Notes: generated by a model from the sequence alone, not told the origin. A stretch of DNA of 64,000 nt from an uncultured Bacteroidales bacterium (GCA_963696535.1 CAVOKP010000013.1:241790-305789), one strand, 5' to 3'. Numbered from the stretch's first letter, positions 8,556-17,921 are shown. Translations and numbers: made by a program.

Positions 8556-10415
8556 ATGAAAACACTCAGGTTAACTGCCGGACAGGCAATAGTAAGGTTT
8601 CTGAAAAACCAGTATGCTGAACGCGACGGCGTTGAAAACCGGTTTTTTGCAGGATGCCTGGGAATATTTGGTCACGGTATTGTCGCCGGAGTTGGAGAGG
8701 GCTTGATGGAAAATCCTGATTTCAGGTACTATATGACCAGGAACGAACAGGCTTCGGTGCATATAGCCGCTGCTTATGCGAAGATGAAGAACCGCATGGC
8801 AACTTTCGCATGCATCTCATCAATCGGACCCGGTGCCACGAATATGGTAACTGGTGCAGCATGTGCAACCATCAACAGGCTTCCGGTATTGATTATACCC
8901 GGTGATATTTTTGTACGCCGGAATGTCGCCCCGGTGCTTCAGCAGCTCGAATCCCCATTTTCACAGGACGTTTCGGTAAATGATTGTTTCAAGCCTGTTT
9001 CAAAATACTGGGACAGGATAAGCAGGCCTGAGCAGCTCATCTTTACTCTGCCCGAAGTTATGAGAGTGCTCACTTCACCTGCCGATACCGGGGCAGTAAC
9101 CCTTGCCCTGCCGCAGGATGTTCAGGCGGAGGCTTTTGATTTTCCTGAAGAATTTTTTCAAAAGAGAATCTGGAAGATCGCACGGCCGAGGCCCGATTCA
9201 GATTCATTAAGGGAAGCGTCAGTCCTTATCAGGAATTCGAGGAAACCGGTTATTATAGCAGGGGGAGGAATAATTTACAGCGAGTCGGCGGAAATCCTGA
9301 AAAGATTTGTTGAACAGACCGGAATTCCCGTTGCCGAGACATTTGCAGGGAAAGGATCGCTGCCTTATGATCACCCTTCAAATCTTGGAGCTGTCGGTGC
9401 CACCGGAACTCCCGGTGCCAATGAGTTTACCTCCGGAGCTGACCTGATAATCGGGATCGGCACCCGATACAGCGATTTTACGACAGCATCAAAGACCGCA
9501 TTTCAGAACCCTGATGTCAGATTCATAAATATTAATGTCGCTGCATTCGACTCATATAAAAACTCTGCATTGCCAGTTACGGCCGATGCAAAAGTGTGCC
9601 TTGAAGAGCTTGCAATGCTGCTTGGTGATTACAGGGTGGCAGAGGAGTACTCAAATCGTGCAGCCATTGCAAACAAATCATGGGATGAGAAGGTAAGTGA
9701 GATATGCAGGGAATCGGGAGCAATTCCTGTCTCCCAGGCCGAAGTGATCGGAGCTGTCAGCGAGTGTGCCGGCCCGTCCGATGTTGTACTGTGCGCTGCC
9801 GGAAGCCTTCCCGGCGATCTCCATAAGCTATGGCGAACTACCGATCCCAAAGGTTTTCACCTCGAATACGGATATTCGACGATGGGATACGAATGTGCAG
9901 CAGGAATTGGCGCCAGAATGGCATGTCCCGACCGTGAGATATTCGTAATGGTAGGAGACGGGAATTACCTGATGATGAACAGCGAAATTGTAACAGCAGT
10001 GCAGGAAGGGATAAAAGTCATAATCATCCTGCTTAACAACAATGGATTCGGAAGCATAGGCGCGCTCTCGGAATCGATCGGATCGCAGCGTTTCGGGACA
10101 AAATACCGTTACCGTGATCAGAAAACCGGCCAGCTGACAGGCGAAACCCTTCCGGTGAATTTTGCTCAAAATGCCCGAAGCCTTGGAGCATATGTAATTG
10201 AAGCCACGGATATAAAATCATTGAAAAATGCGATTGAAGAGGCCAAAGCACAGACAATGACAACGGTAGTTACAATTGAAACGGATCTCTATAAGGGTGT
10301 CCCTGGTTATGCATGGTGGGAAGTGCCGGTTGCTGAAGTGTCTGAAATAGACACAGTTAATGAGGCTTATAAGATTTATTTAAATAATAAAAAGAAACAA
10401 AGGTATTTGCTGTAA
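8556..10415 (+). CDS. iolD: 3D-(3,5/4)-trihydroxycyclohexane-1,2-dione acylhydrolase (TPP-dependent)
   Basis: A 619 aa ThDP enzyme. The N-terminus LTAGQAIVRFLKNQY...FGHGIVAGVGEGL and the GDGNYLM ThDP motif match the IolD pattern. Confidence 0.85.
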   Translation: MKTLRLTAGQAIVRFLKNQYAERDGVENRFFAGCLGIFGHGIVAGVGEGLMENPDFRYYMTRNEQASVHIAAAYAKMKNRMATFACISSIGPGATNMVTGAACATINRLPVLIIPGDIFVRRNVAPVLQQLESPFSQDVSVNDCFKPVSKYWDRISRPEQLIFTLPEVMRVLTSPADTGAVTLALPQDVQAEAFDFPEEFFQKRIWKIARPRPDSDSLREASVLIRNSRKPVIIAGGGIIYSESAEILKRFVEQTGIPVAETFAGKGSLPYDHPSNLGAVGATGTPGANEFTSGADLIIGIGTRYSDFTTASKTAFQNPDVRFININVAAFDSYKNSALPVTADAKVCLEELAMLLGDYRVAEEYSNRAAIANKSWDEKVSEICRESGAIPVSQAEVIGAVSECAGPSDVVLCAAGSLPGDLHKLWRTTDPKGFHLEYGYSTMGYECAAGIGARMACPDREIFVMVGDGNYLMMNSEIVTAVQEGIKVIIILLNNNGFGSIGALSESIGSQRFGTKYRYRDQKTGQLTGETLPVNFAQNARSLGAYVIEATDIKSLKNAIEEAKAQTMTTVVTIETDLYKGVPGYAWWEVPVAEVSEIDTVNEAYKIYLNNKKKQRYLL

Positions 10416-10422
10416 CATTTAC

Positions 10423-10480
10423 ACTTTGCATCTTTGCGTCTTTGTGGCAAAAAGATTAGCCACTAAGGCGCTAAGGCGCC
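10423..10480. repeat. 8-nt periodic arrays (CTTTGCNT x3; CTAAGGCG x2)
   Basis: CTTTG recurs at 10424, 10432 and 10440. CTAAGGCG occurs at 10463 and 10471. Confidence 0.7.
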
Positions 10481-10531
10481 AAGAATTACTGAATTATTAA
10501 AATTAATCTAGCAAAAACATTGTGTAAAAGC

Positions 10532-12004
10532 ATGACTGTAGTTCATAAAAATTATATCAACGGGGAATGGGTTGAAAGCAGAAGCGTTGCATTTCTTGAT
10601 GTCGTAAATCCATCCGACGGCACTGTTCTTTCAAAGGTTCCTGCCGGATCGGGTGAAGATGTGGCGTTTGCAGCAGAGAAAGCTTACCATGCATATTTGT
10701 CGTGGAAGGAGGTTCCGGCGACCCAGCGCATCCAGTATCTGTTTAAGATGAAGCAGATACTCGAGAAAGACGCTGATGAGATTTCAGTGATCTGTACAAA
10801 GGAGAGCGGAAAAACTTTTGCCGAATCGAAGGCTGAGATCGTTAGGGCAGTTGAAAACATGGAGGTTGCCTGCGGGATTCCAAAGCTGCTTCAAAGCGAA
10901 TTCTCTGAAGATATCACAAGGGGAATCGATGAATTTGTGATCCGTCAGCCGGTCGGCACGGGAGCTTGCATCGCCCCTTTCAACTTCCCTGTAATGATAG
11001 CATTCTGGTTCATGCCGTATGCAATTGCCTGCGGAAATACATATATTGTAAAGCCATCGGAGAAAGTGCCGGGTACAATGACCCGTATTTTCGAGCTCTT
11101 TGAGGAACTGAATCTTCCCCCGGGTGTTCTGAATCTTGTACACGGCGGAAAAGAGACGGTTGATGCAATCCTTAATCATCCGTCCATCTCTGCAATAAGT
11201 TTTGTGGGCTCAACCAATGTGGCAAAATATATTTATCAGACAGGTGTTGCAAACGGAAAGCGAGTTCAGGCACAGGGAGGCGCCAAGAATCCGGTTGTGG
11301 TGATGTCTGACGCAGATCCCGATACAACGGTTAAAATCATTGCCGACAGCGCATTCGGATGTGCCGGACAGCGATGTCTTGCTGCGTCTCTTGCGATACT
11401 CGTGGGCGAGGCGGGAAAAGTCTTCACTGAGAAAATTGTTGCTGCAGCCCGCGGGAAAAGGACAGGGGACGGCCTGGAGGAGGGAGTTGAAATGGGGCCT
11501 GTTATCACAAGTCAGAGCATGGTCCGCATCAATGGCCTCATAAAAAGTGGCCTGGATGATGGTGCAACAATGCTTCTCGACGGACGCGGTCTTAAGGTGC
11601 CCGGACACAAAAATGGGAATTTCATTGGTCCTGTAATCCTTGGGAATGTAAGTCCTGAAAGTGAGATCTATAACACTGAGGTCTTCGGGCCTGTACTGTG
11701 CATTGTAAATACTGAAACCCTCGACGATGCCATTGAGCTGATCAACAGGAGCCGGTATGGCAACTCAGCCTGCATATTTACACGAAACGGTGCAGCAGCC
11801 AGGAAATTCAGACACGAGGTTCTTGCCGGTAATATAGGTATTAACATTGGCATCGCTGCTCCAATGGCTTTCTTTCCATTCAGCGGATGGAAGGAGAGCT
11901 TCTTCGGGGATCTGCACGGACAATCAAACCATGCAGTTGAATTCTACACACAGACGAAAGTGGTTATTGAACGCTGGCATGATGAATGGACAAGAAAATT
12001 CTAA
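10532..12004 (+). CDS. mmsA: CoA-acylating methylmalonate/malonate-semialdehyde dehydrogenase
   Basis: Aldehyde dehydrogenase fold with catalytic Cys context FGCAGQRCLA and an MmsA/IolA-like N-terminus NYINGEWVES. The ATG at 10532 is preferred over the TTG at 10520. Confidence 0.85.
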   Translation: MTVVHKNYINGEWVESRSVAFLDVVNPSDGTVLSKVPAGSGEDVAFAAEKAYHAYLSWKEVPATQRIQYLFKMKQILEKDADEISVICTKESGKTFAESKAEIVRAVENMEVACGIPKLLQSEFSEDITRGIDEFVIRQPVGTGACIAPFNFPVMIAFWFMPYAIACGNTYIVKPSEKVPGTMTRIFELFEELNLPPGVLNLVHGGKETVDAILNHPSISAISFVGSTNVAKYIYQTGVANGKRVQAQGGAKNPVVVMSDADPDTTVKIIADSAFGCAGQRCLAASLAILVGEAGKVFTEKIVAAARGKRTGDGLEEGVEMGPVITSQSMVRINGLIKSGLDDGATMLLDGRGLKVPGHKNGNFIGPVILGNVSPESEIYNTEVFGPVLCIVNTETLDDAIELINRSRYGNSACIFTRNGAAARKFRHEVLAGNIGINIGIAAPMAFFPFSGWKESFFGDLHGQSNHAVEFYTQTKVVIERWHDEWTRKF

Positions 12005-12015
12005 AACCTGACGAT

Positions 12016-12915
12016 ATGATAAAAATTGCAAATGCCCCATGTTCCTGGGGTGTGCTCGAATTCGAACTTGAAGGCAAAGCCGCTGGCTTTGAACAGGTAC
12101 TTGATGAGATAAGGGAGACAGGATACCAGGGCACCGAACTGGGCGACTGGGGATTTATGCCTGTCGATCCAAAGGAGCTCAGAAAAGAGCTTGACAAACG
12201 GTCCCTCGCCATGGTCGGAGCTTTTGTCCCTGTCTTTCTGAAAGACGGGACAAAACATAAAGCCGGGGCTGAAACTGCCGTAAAAACTGCAAGACTGATG
12301 GCTGACGCCGGCTATCCGGATGCTTTTATAGTACTTGCCGACGAGAATGGCAGCATTAAGGAGAGGACAGAAAATGCAGGCAGGGTAAAACCATCTATGG
12401 GACTCGCCGATGCTGAGTGGAAGGTATTTGCAGAAGGCGCTGATCTTGTTGCAGGTGAGGTTAAAGCCAGAACAGGCCTGCGGACGGTGTTTCATCACCA
12501 CTGCGCCGGTTATGTAGAAACACCTGCTGAAATAGATAAACTGCTGTCCCTTACCGATCCTGCACTTGTCGGACTGGTCCTCGACATGGGCCACTATATG
12601 TTCGGCGGAGGTGATCCGCTTCATGCCCTGAAAAAACATAAAGACCGGATCTGGCATATCCATTTCAAGGATTGTCATCCGGAAACGGTTGAAAGATCAA
12701 GGAAAGAAGGCTGGGACTATTTTAAATCGGTCGCCGGCGGAGTGTTTTGCGAACTGGGAAAGGGAGCGGTCGATTTCAATGCAATCGTGAAGGAACTTCA
12801 TAATCAGAATTATTCAGGATGGATAGTCGTCGAGCAGGATGTGCTCCCCGGGATGGGAAACCCGAAAGTATGCGCACAGCGAAACAGGGAATATATTAAA
12901 TCGCTGGGACTATGA
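12016..12915 (+). CDS. iolE: xylose-isomerase-like TIM-barrel protein, probable inosose dehydratase
   Basis: Has PF01261-like features (HIHFKD, WIVVEQD) and lies between mmsA and iolG. The ATG at 12016 is preferred over 11986, which overlaps mmsA by 19 nt. Confidence 0.6.
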   Translation: MIKIANAPCSWGVLEFELEGKAAGFEQVLDEIRETGYQGTELGDWGFMPVDPKELRKELDKRSLAMVGAFVPVFLKDGTKHKAGAETAVKTARLMADAGYPDAFIVLADENGSIKERTENAGRVKPSMGLADAEWKVFAEGADLVAGEVKARTGLRTVFHHHCAGYVETPAEIDKLLSLTDPALVGLVLDMGHYMFGGGDPLHALKKHKDRIWHIHFKDCHPETVERSRKEGWDYFKSVAGGVFCELGKGAVDFNAIVKELHNQNYSGWIVVEQDVLPGMGNPKVCAQRNREYIKSLGL

Positions 12916-12920
12916 GAAAA

Positions 12921-12976
12921 TCAGGCGTCAGGCGTCAGGCGTCAGGTGACAGGCCTCATGCCCCCAGCCCCCGGCA
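12921..12976. repeat. heptamer array (TCAGGCG x3, then degenerate units)
   Basis: Reads TCAGGCG TCAGGCG TCAGGCG TCAGGTG ACAGGCC TCATGCC CCCAGCC CCCGGCA, starting right after the iolE-like stop codon. Confidence 0.8.
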
Positions 12977-13015
12977 ACTTAATCAAACATCAGGCATAAC
13001 CTTAAAAAGAAAAAT

Positions 13016-14029
13016 ATGAAAAAACTAAAACTTGGAGTAATCGGTACCGGTAGGATCGGCAAGGTTCATATAGCAACGCTTGTCCAGAATGTTCCGCAGG
13101 CCGACGTAGTGGCAATTGCAGATATCAATCTAAACAGTGCCAGCGAGGTTGCAAAATCGTTTGGAATAACCTCTGTCTTCACCAGTTACATGGACGTCCT
13201 TAATCATCCCGAAGTTGAGGCCGTTGCAATCTGTTCCCCGACCGACACCCATGCCAGGTACATTGTTGATGCGGCACATGCAGGCAAGCATATCTTTTGC
13301 GAGAAACCCGTGGATCTTTCGCTCGATGTCATAAAGGGGGCAATTGAAGCTGTTGAGAAAGCCGGCGTAAAGCTGATGGTCGGTTTCAATCGACGGTTCG
13401 ATCCGAACTTCTTTAAAATAAGGCAGCTTGTTGCCGATGGGAAGATAGGGGAGCCACATATACTTAAAATCACATCGCGTGACCCCGCTCCACCGCCTGC
13501 TGAGTACAGCGCTACATCAGGGGGAATGTTCATGGATATGACAATTCATGATTTTGACATGGCAAGGTATATTACCGGCAGTGAAGTGACGGAGGTTTAT
13601 GCAAAGTCGGCAGTCCTTGTCGATCCTGCCATCGGCAGGGCGGGAGATGTTGATACAGCAGTAATAACACTGAGCTTTGCAAACGGGGCGATAGGGGTTA
13701 TCGACAACAGCCGCAAGGCGGTATACGGGTATGACCAGCGTGTCGAAATATTCGGGTCGAAGGGGATGGTGTGTGCCGATAATAATTTTCCTGACAATCA
13801 CCGCTATTTTGCAGATGACGGCGTTCATGGTCCGCTTCCCCTTAACTTCTTTATGGACAGGTACCTTGAGGCATATGCAAACGAGATGAAGATCTTTTGC
13901 GATGCGGTGATAAATGACAGGGAACTTCCGGTATCAGGTACCGACGGACTTATGTCGGTTGCAATTGCACTGGCCGCGAAAAAATCACACCTTGAAAACA
14001 GACCGGTGAAGCTGAGTGAAATTATTTGA
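13016..14029 (+). CDS. iolG: inositol 2-dehydrogenase (Gfo/Idh/MocA)
   Basis: N-terminal Rossmann motif LKLGVIGTGRIGKVH, the EKP motif (FCEKPV), a 337 aa length and the iol context. Confidence 0.75.
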   Translation: MKKLKLGVIGTGRIGKVHIATLVQNVPQADVVAIADINLNSASEVAKSFGITSVFTSYMDVLNHPEVEAVAICSPTDTHARYIVDAAHAGKHIFCEKPVDLSLDVIKGAIEAVEKAGVKLMVGFNRRFDPNFFKIRQLVADGKIGEPHILKITSRDPAPPPAEYSATSGGMFMDMTIHDFDMARYITGSEVTEVYAKSAVLVDPAIGRAGDVDTAVITLSFANGAIGVIDNSRKAVYGYDQRVEIFGSKGMVCADNNFPDNHRYFADDGVHGPLPLNFFMDRYLEAYANEMKIFCDAVINDRELPVSGTDGLMSVAIALAAKKSHLENRPVKLSEII

Positions 14030-14143
14030 GAATTTCGGACTTCGGATTTGTGATTTCGGATTTCAAATCCGCAATCCACATTCCGCAATCCGAAATAATT
14101 TCATTCCGCAATCCGCAATCAAAAATCCGCAATCCGCAATCAA
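14030..14143. repeat. 7-nt periodic element (TTCGGAT / AATCCGC words)
   Basis: Reads TTTCGGA CTTCGGA TTTGTGA TTTCGGA TTTCAAA TCCGCAA ... AATCCGC AATCCGC. The first ~70 nt are an inverted homolog of 8441-8509. Confidence 0.75.
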
Positions 14144-14172
14144 TATTACACAGTTTTAAAGATTTATAAAAT

Positions 14173-14886
14173 ATGCAAAAACTCAATTATCTGTTTTTAT
14201 TTCTTCTGCTTCCACTTTGTACCGGAGCCCAGGAACCAGTTTCTCCGGTTGCCACAATAAAGAAATGCAGTGATTTTACAGTGACAGGAGATGGGAGTTC
14301 AGCCGCCTGGAACAGGACCGAATGGATGAATCTTACTCATCAGGGCTCAGGGTCGACCATTTACGAAACAAAAGTCAAGGCGCTCTATTCACCTGCCGGT
14401 ATCTATTTTCTTTTCAGGTGCCAGGATGCAAAGCTGACAACCACTATGCAGGCCGACAATATGAATCTCTGGGAGGAAGATGTTGTGGAGGTTTTTCTGT
14501 GGACATCCGAGGATTTCCCTGTCTATTTTGAATATGAGATCTCTCCGATGGATTTTGAACTGCCCATAATGGTGCCGAATTACAAGGGCAGGTTTCTTGG
14601 CTGGCTTCCCTGGAAATACGGCGGTGACAGGAGGGTAATTCATGCCACAAGCGCCGAGGGCGGTGAAAAGAAAAGCGGTGGCGCTGTAACAGCGTGGACT
14701 GCGGAATTCTTTATCCCGTTCAAGCTGCTGAATCCTCTGCCACTGGTTCCTCCGTCATCAGGAACAAAATGGAGGGCAAACATGTACAGGGTTGATTATG
14801 ACAATGGCTCATCGAGTTTTGCCTGGCAGAAGACCAGCAGATCGTTCCATGAGTATAACAGCTTTGGGACGTTTATCTTTGAGTAG
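14173..14886 (+). CDS. secreted carbohydrate-binding family 9-like (DOMON-like) protein
   Basis: Signal peptide plus the CBM9-like core ALYSPAGIYFLFRCQD...LWEEDVVEVFL...YFEYEISP. Confidence 0.6.
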   Translation: MQKLNYLFLFLLLPLCTGAQEPVSPVATIKKCSDFTVTGDGSSAAWNRTEWMNLTHQGSGSTIYETKVKALYSPAGIYFLFRCQDAKLTTTMQADNMNLWEEDVVEVFLWTSEDFPVYFEYEISPMDFELPIMVPNYKGRFLGWLPWKYGGDRRVIHATSAEGGEKKSGGAVTAWTAEFFIPFKLLNPLPLVPPSSGTKWRANMYRVDYDNGSSSFAWQKTSRSFHEYNSFGTFIFE

Positions 14887-14903
14887 CCGGCACGGATGGT
14901 TTT

Positions 14904-16271
14904 CTATTTATCGTTTCCCTGAAGCAGGTTTTTAATATCAGGGTCTCCTGCGTAATCCATTGCAGTTTTGCCTTCATTATCCTTAAGATCGGGGTTTGCC
15001 CCTTTTTCAAGGAGCAGCTTTACAACATCCGCATGGCCGTTCATAGAAGCAACCATAAGATCGGTGTATTTTGCAGTTTTGTTCGCATATACCTGTCCGG
15101 GTCTTTTAAGGAATATTTTTGCGATTGCCGTAAATCCGCTTCTCGAAGCACGGATAAATGCTGTTGTTTTATCGGCTTTTGCGACAAGTTCGTCATTTTC
15201 CCTGCTCCATGGGGATAATTTGACAGCCTCCAGAGCCCCGCTTTCGTTTGAAGTGACCATTGCCGTAACATTCTCGGTAAACTGAAGCTCCTTTTTAAGT
15301 CCTGCGTAAAGTTTTGTCCGGATACTGTCAGCAATATCATCCCGTGCTGTAATTACAATTGCTTTTGTACCATCAGTCTCACGTGAATCTGGTTTAGCTC
15401 CGTTTTCAAGCAATGCCTTAACAATTGCCGTATGGCCGTTAAGAGATGCAAGAAAGAGGGCATTTGATCCGTCGGCCGTTTTAAGGTTGATATCGGCGCC
15501 GGAAGCCATAAGGAACTTCACGAAATCAGTCTGTCCAAGCATAGCTGCCGTCATCAGGGCAGTTGTTCCCCCCTTGTCGGCAAGGTTCGGATCTGCCCCT
15601 GCGTCGAGAAGCAGCATGGCAACAAATGTGTATCCGAATAGTGAAGCCTGGATAAGGGCGGTTGTATTGTAGTTATAATCCTGGATATCCACCAGGGCTC
15701 CCTTATCGAGCAATAGTGTAATTATTTCCGTATAACCGTTCTGTGCGGCCAGCATCAGGGATGTATAACCGTCGTATGCCCTGATATTCGGATTTGCTCC
15801 ATAGTCGAGCAATAATTTGACTATTTCAGTGTGGCCGTTCTGGGCGGCCATCATAAGAGCACCAGTGCCGTCAAGGGCTTGCAAATCAGGATCAAATCCT
15901 TTTTCAAGAAGAAGTTTTACTATCCTGGCATGACCATTATAAGATGCGAACATTCCGGCAGTTGCTCCGTCAATGGCCGCCAGGTTCGGATCGGCTCCCC
16001 GGTTGAGCATGATCCTGACTGCTTTCGTATATCCCTTCGATGCTGCATACATAAGTATGCTTCTGTCGTAGATATCGGTGTAATTCACATTATTGACGTT
16101 CCTGGCAATTTCTAGCATGTTGATCCTGTCCTGTGCATTCTCCTGACGCTCCATTATTTTTTCTTCCTTAGCTTCCTGAGCTGAGAGATCGATTGTTCCA
16201 CAGAACAATAATAGGACGATTAAGGCTGATGTATAAATCGTTTTCATCTGATGTGGTTTAAAAGCTGACAA
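14904..16271 (-). CDS. secreted ankyrin-repeat protein
   Basis: Signal peptide followed by about ten 33-aa ANK units of the type G.TALM.AA..GH..IVKLLL..GA.PN. Confidence 0.85.
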   Translation of the reverse strand: MSAFKPHQMKTIYTSALIVLLLFCGTIDLSAQEAKEEKIMERQENAQDRINMLEIARNVNNVNYTDIYDRSILMYAASKGYTKAVRIMLNRGADPNLAAIDGATAGMFASYNGHARIVKLLLEKGFDPDLQALDGTGALMMAAQNGHTEIVKLLLDYGANPNIRAYDGYTSLMLAAQNGYTEIITLLLDKGALVDIQDYNYNTTALIQASLFGYTFVAMLLLDAGADPNLADKGGTTALMTAAMLGQTDFVKFLMASGADINLKTADGSNALFLASLNGHTAIVKALLENGAKPDSRETDGTKAIVITARDDIADSIRTKLYAGLKKELQFTENVTAMVTSNESGALEAVKLSPWSRENDELVAKADKTTAFIRASRSGFTAIAKIFLKRPGQVYANKTAKYTDLMVASMNGHADVVKLLLEKGANPDLKDNEGKTAMDYAGDPDIKNLLQGNDK

Positions 16272-16533
16272 CCTGGTATTCAGCCATTAAACAAACAAAG
16301 AGCAGGAATGTTCTCTACTCCACAGTTTTTATGATAGTTACAACACCAAAGTTCCAAATAATCAATGTTATAAAATTACAAAAGATTCTGCTAACAATCA
16401 TAATACTGAATCCGGAATTAGCGGAAGGGAACGGAGGAGAAACACGAAAAATTATGAAAATCCGGAGAAACACCTTTATTAGAGCCTCTTTCCTGCAATA
16501 TACATCAGTGCCATGCCGTTTATATTAAGAATT

Positions 16534-16728
16534 ATGAAGGCAAAAAGAAATATCAGGGAGAAGGTTAAAACCAAGTTTGTTAAGATTAACAATTCAACCT
16601 GGATTGAGACCGATGTTTCGATTCCTGATGAAGTTGCCAGAATGCATTATTATCAGAAGGCAAATCATACACAACCTCCCACATATATAGGCCAGCTCAG
16701 GGATTATATTTCAAACATCAATATCTGA
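16534..16728 (+). CDS. small basic hypothetical protein
   Basis: The ORF is followed directly by a good terminator. MKAKRN is preferred as the start. No family was recognised. Confidence 0.3.
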   Translation: MKAKRNIREKVKTKFVKINNSTWIETDVSIPDEVARMHYYQKANHTQPPTYIGQLRDYISNINI

Positions 16729-16745
16729 TCAGGATAGGCAGTCTG

Positions 16746-16773
16746 CCTCCGGGATCGTTTCCGGAGGTTTTTT
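16746..16773 (+). terminator. intrinsic terminator
   Basis: Stem CCTCCGG (16746-16752) pairs with CCGGAGG (16761-16767), followed by TTTTTT (16768-16773). Confidence 0.7.
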
Positions 16774-16856
16774 ATTGGAAAATATTTCCATGACATTAAT
16801 AAAACATTGACTTTTGTGAATGCAAAGACTAAATTTGTATTGACAATCGCGTAAAT

Positions 16857-16988
16857 ATGGCCCAAAAGATATTCAACGAGTATCCCAAGCGAAAAACAGT
16901 CGCTTTCTGGATCGCAATAACCATAGGTTTGGTTTTGTTTGCCTGCCTGATGTTCCTGCTGGTCAATTACACCATGGCCCTGTTCTAG
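16857..16988 (+). CDS. candidate 43-aa single-pass membrane peptide
   Basis: My own translation gives MAQKIFNEYPKRKTVAFWIAITIGLVLFACLMFLLVNYTMALF. A TAAATTTG (TAnnTTTG) box lies at 16830-16837. The ORF is absent from the supplied track because it is under 60 aa. Confidence 0.3.
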   Translation: MAQKIFNEYPKRKTVAFWIAITIGLVLFACLMFLLVNYTMALF

Positions 16989-17152
16989 TGCCGGATTGGT
17001 TATATTAATGATATTCAGCTAATTACTGTAGATCCAGAATGCGGATTCTGTTCCATAGTTAATAAAATCTTATTTCAATTAAAAGTTTTATTTTTAAGCA
17101 ACCGGTTAACTCTAGTCACTCTAAGTACTCTGATTTTAATAACTATTTTACC

Positions 17153-17899
17153 ATGAAATATTCATTTAAACCTTTGCCTGCTCTGATAGCGGTAATCCTG
17201 TTTTTATTTCCCCGGATAGACTCACTGTCACAGGAAACTGCGATCGAGTTTGGGGAGGCCATTTTCCTGAAAGACTTTACTCCTGCTGACCAGAAGAAGA
17301 ACATACAATTGAAATGGATAAATGTCAATACGGCTGAGGAGACATGGTCAAAGCGGAGAAAGGTGCTGAAATGCTTCGGTGATCCAATAGGTGTGATGCG
17401 ATCAGAGAGGCAATTTGAAAATTTCATGCTGCATATCGAGTGGAAGCACACCGAGCCCGGAGGTAATTCAGGAGTATTCGTCTGGTCCGACGCCATTCCC
17501 GACGAGAAATCGCGCCTCCCAAATGGAGTTGAAGTTCAGATGCTTGAGCTTGATTGGGTAAAACTTAATACGCGGGATGGCGTCATTCCTCCTGATGCAT
17601 ATGTGCATGGCGAGCTTTTTGGAGTTGGTGGGGTGACTACAACGCCCGACAATCCAAGGGGAACCAGGAGCAAGTCGGTCGAAAACAGGTGCAAGGGCAG
17701 GGGCAACTGGAATGTTTATGATGTGGTGTGCGTTGATGGTGTAATTAAGCTTTCGGTAAACGGTAAATTTGTAAACGGGATAAGCAAGTCATCAAAGAAA
17801 AAGGGATATGTCTGTCTGGAATCAGAAGGAGCAGAGATCCATTTCCGGAATATAAAAATCATCGAGCTGCCTGCAGGAACGAATCCTGAAGGACTCTGA
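17153..17899 (+). CDS. DUF1080 (3-keto-disaccharide hydrolase-like) secreted protein
   Basis: Signal peptide plus DUF1080 hallmarks: [12 protein letters not shown]...GGNSGVF and the C-terminal [14 protein letters not shown]. Confidence 0.75.
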   Translation: MKYSFKPLPALIAVILFLFPRIDSLSQETAIEFGEAIFLKDFTPADQKKNIQLKWINVNTAEETWSKRRKVLKCFGDPIGVMRSERQFENFMLHIEWKHTEPGGNSGVFVWSDAIPDEKSRLPNGVEVQMLELDWVKLNTRDGVIPPDAYVHGELFGVGGVTTTPDNPRGTRSKSVENRCKGRGNWNVYDVVCVDGVIKLSVNGKFVNGISKSSKKKGYVCLESEGAEIHFRNIKIIELPAGTNPEGL

Positions 17900-17921
17900 T
17901 GACCCATCAGGCTTCAGGGAT

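Noticed and set aside
6299-14143. The short tandem arrays might be CRISPR arrays
   Set aside because: The units are 7-11 nt, directly abutting with no unique spacers, and no cas genes are present. This does not match CRISPR architecture.
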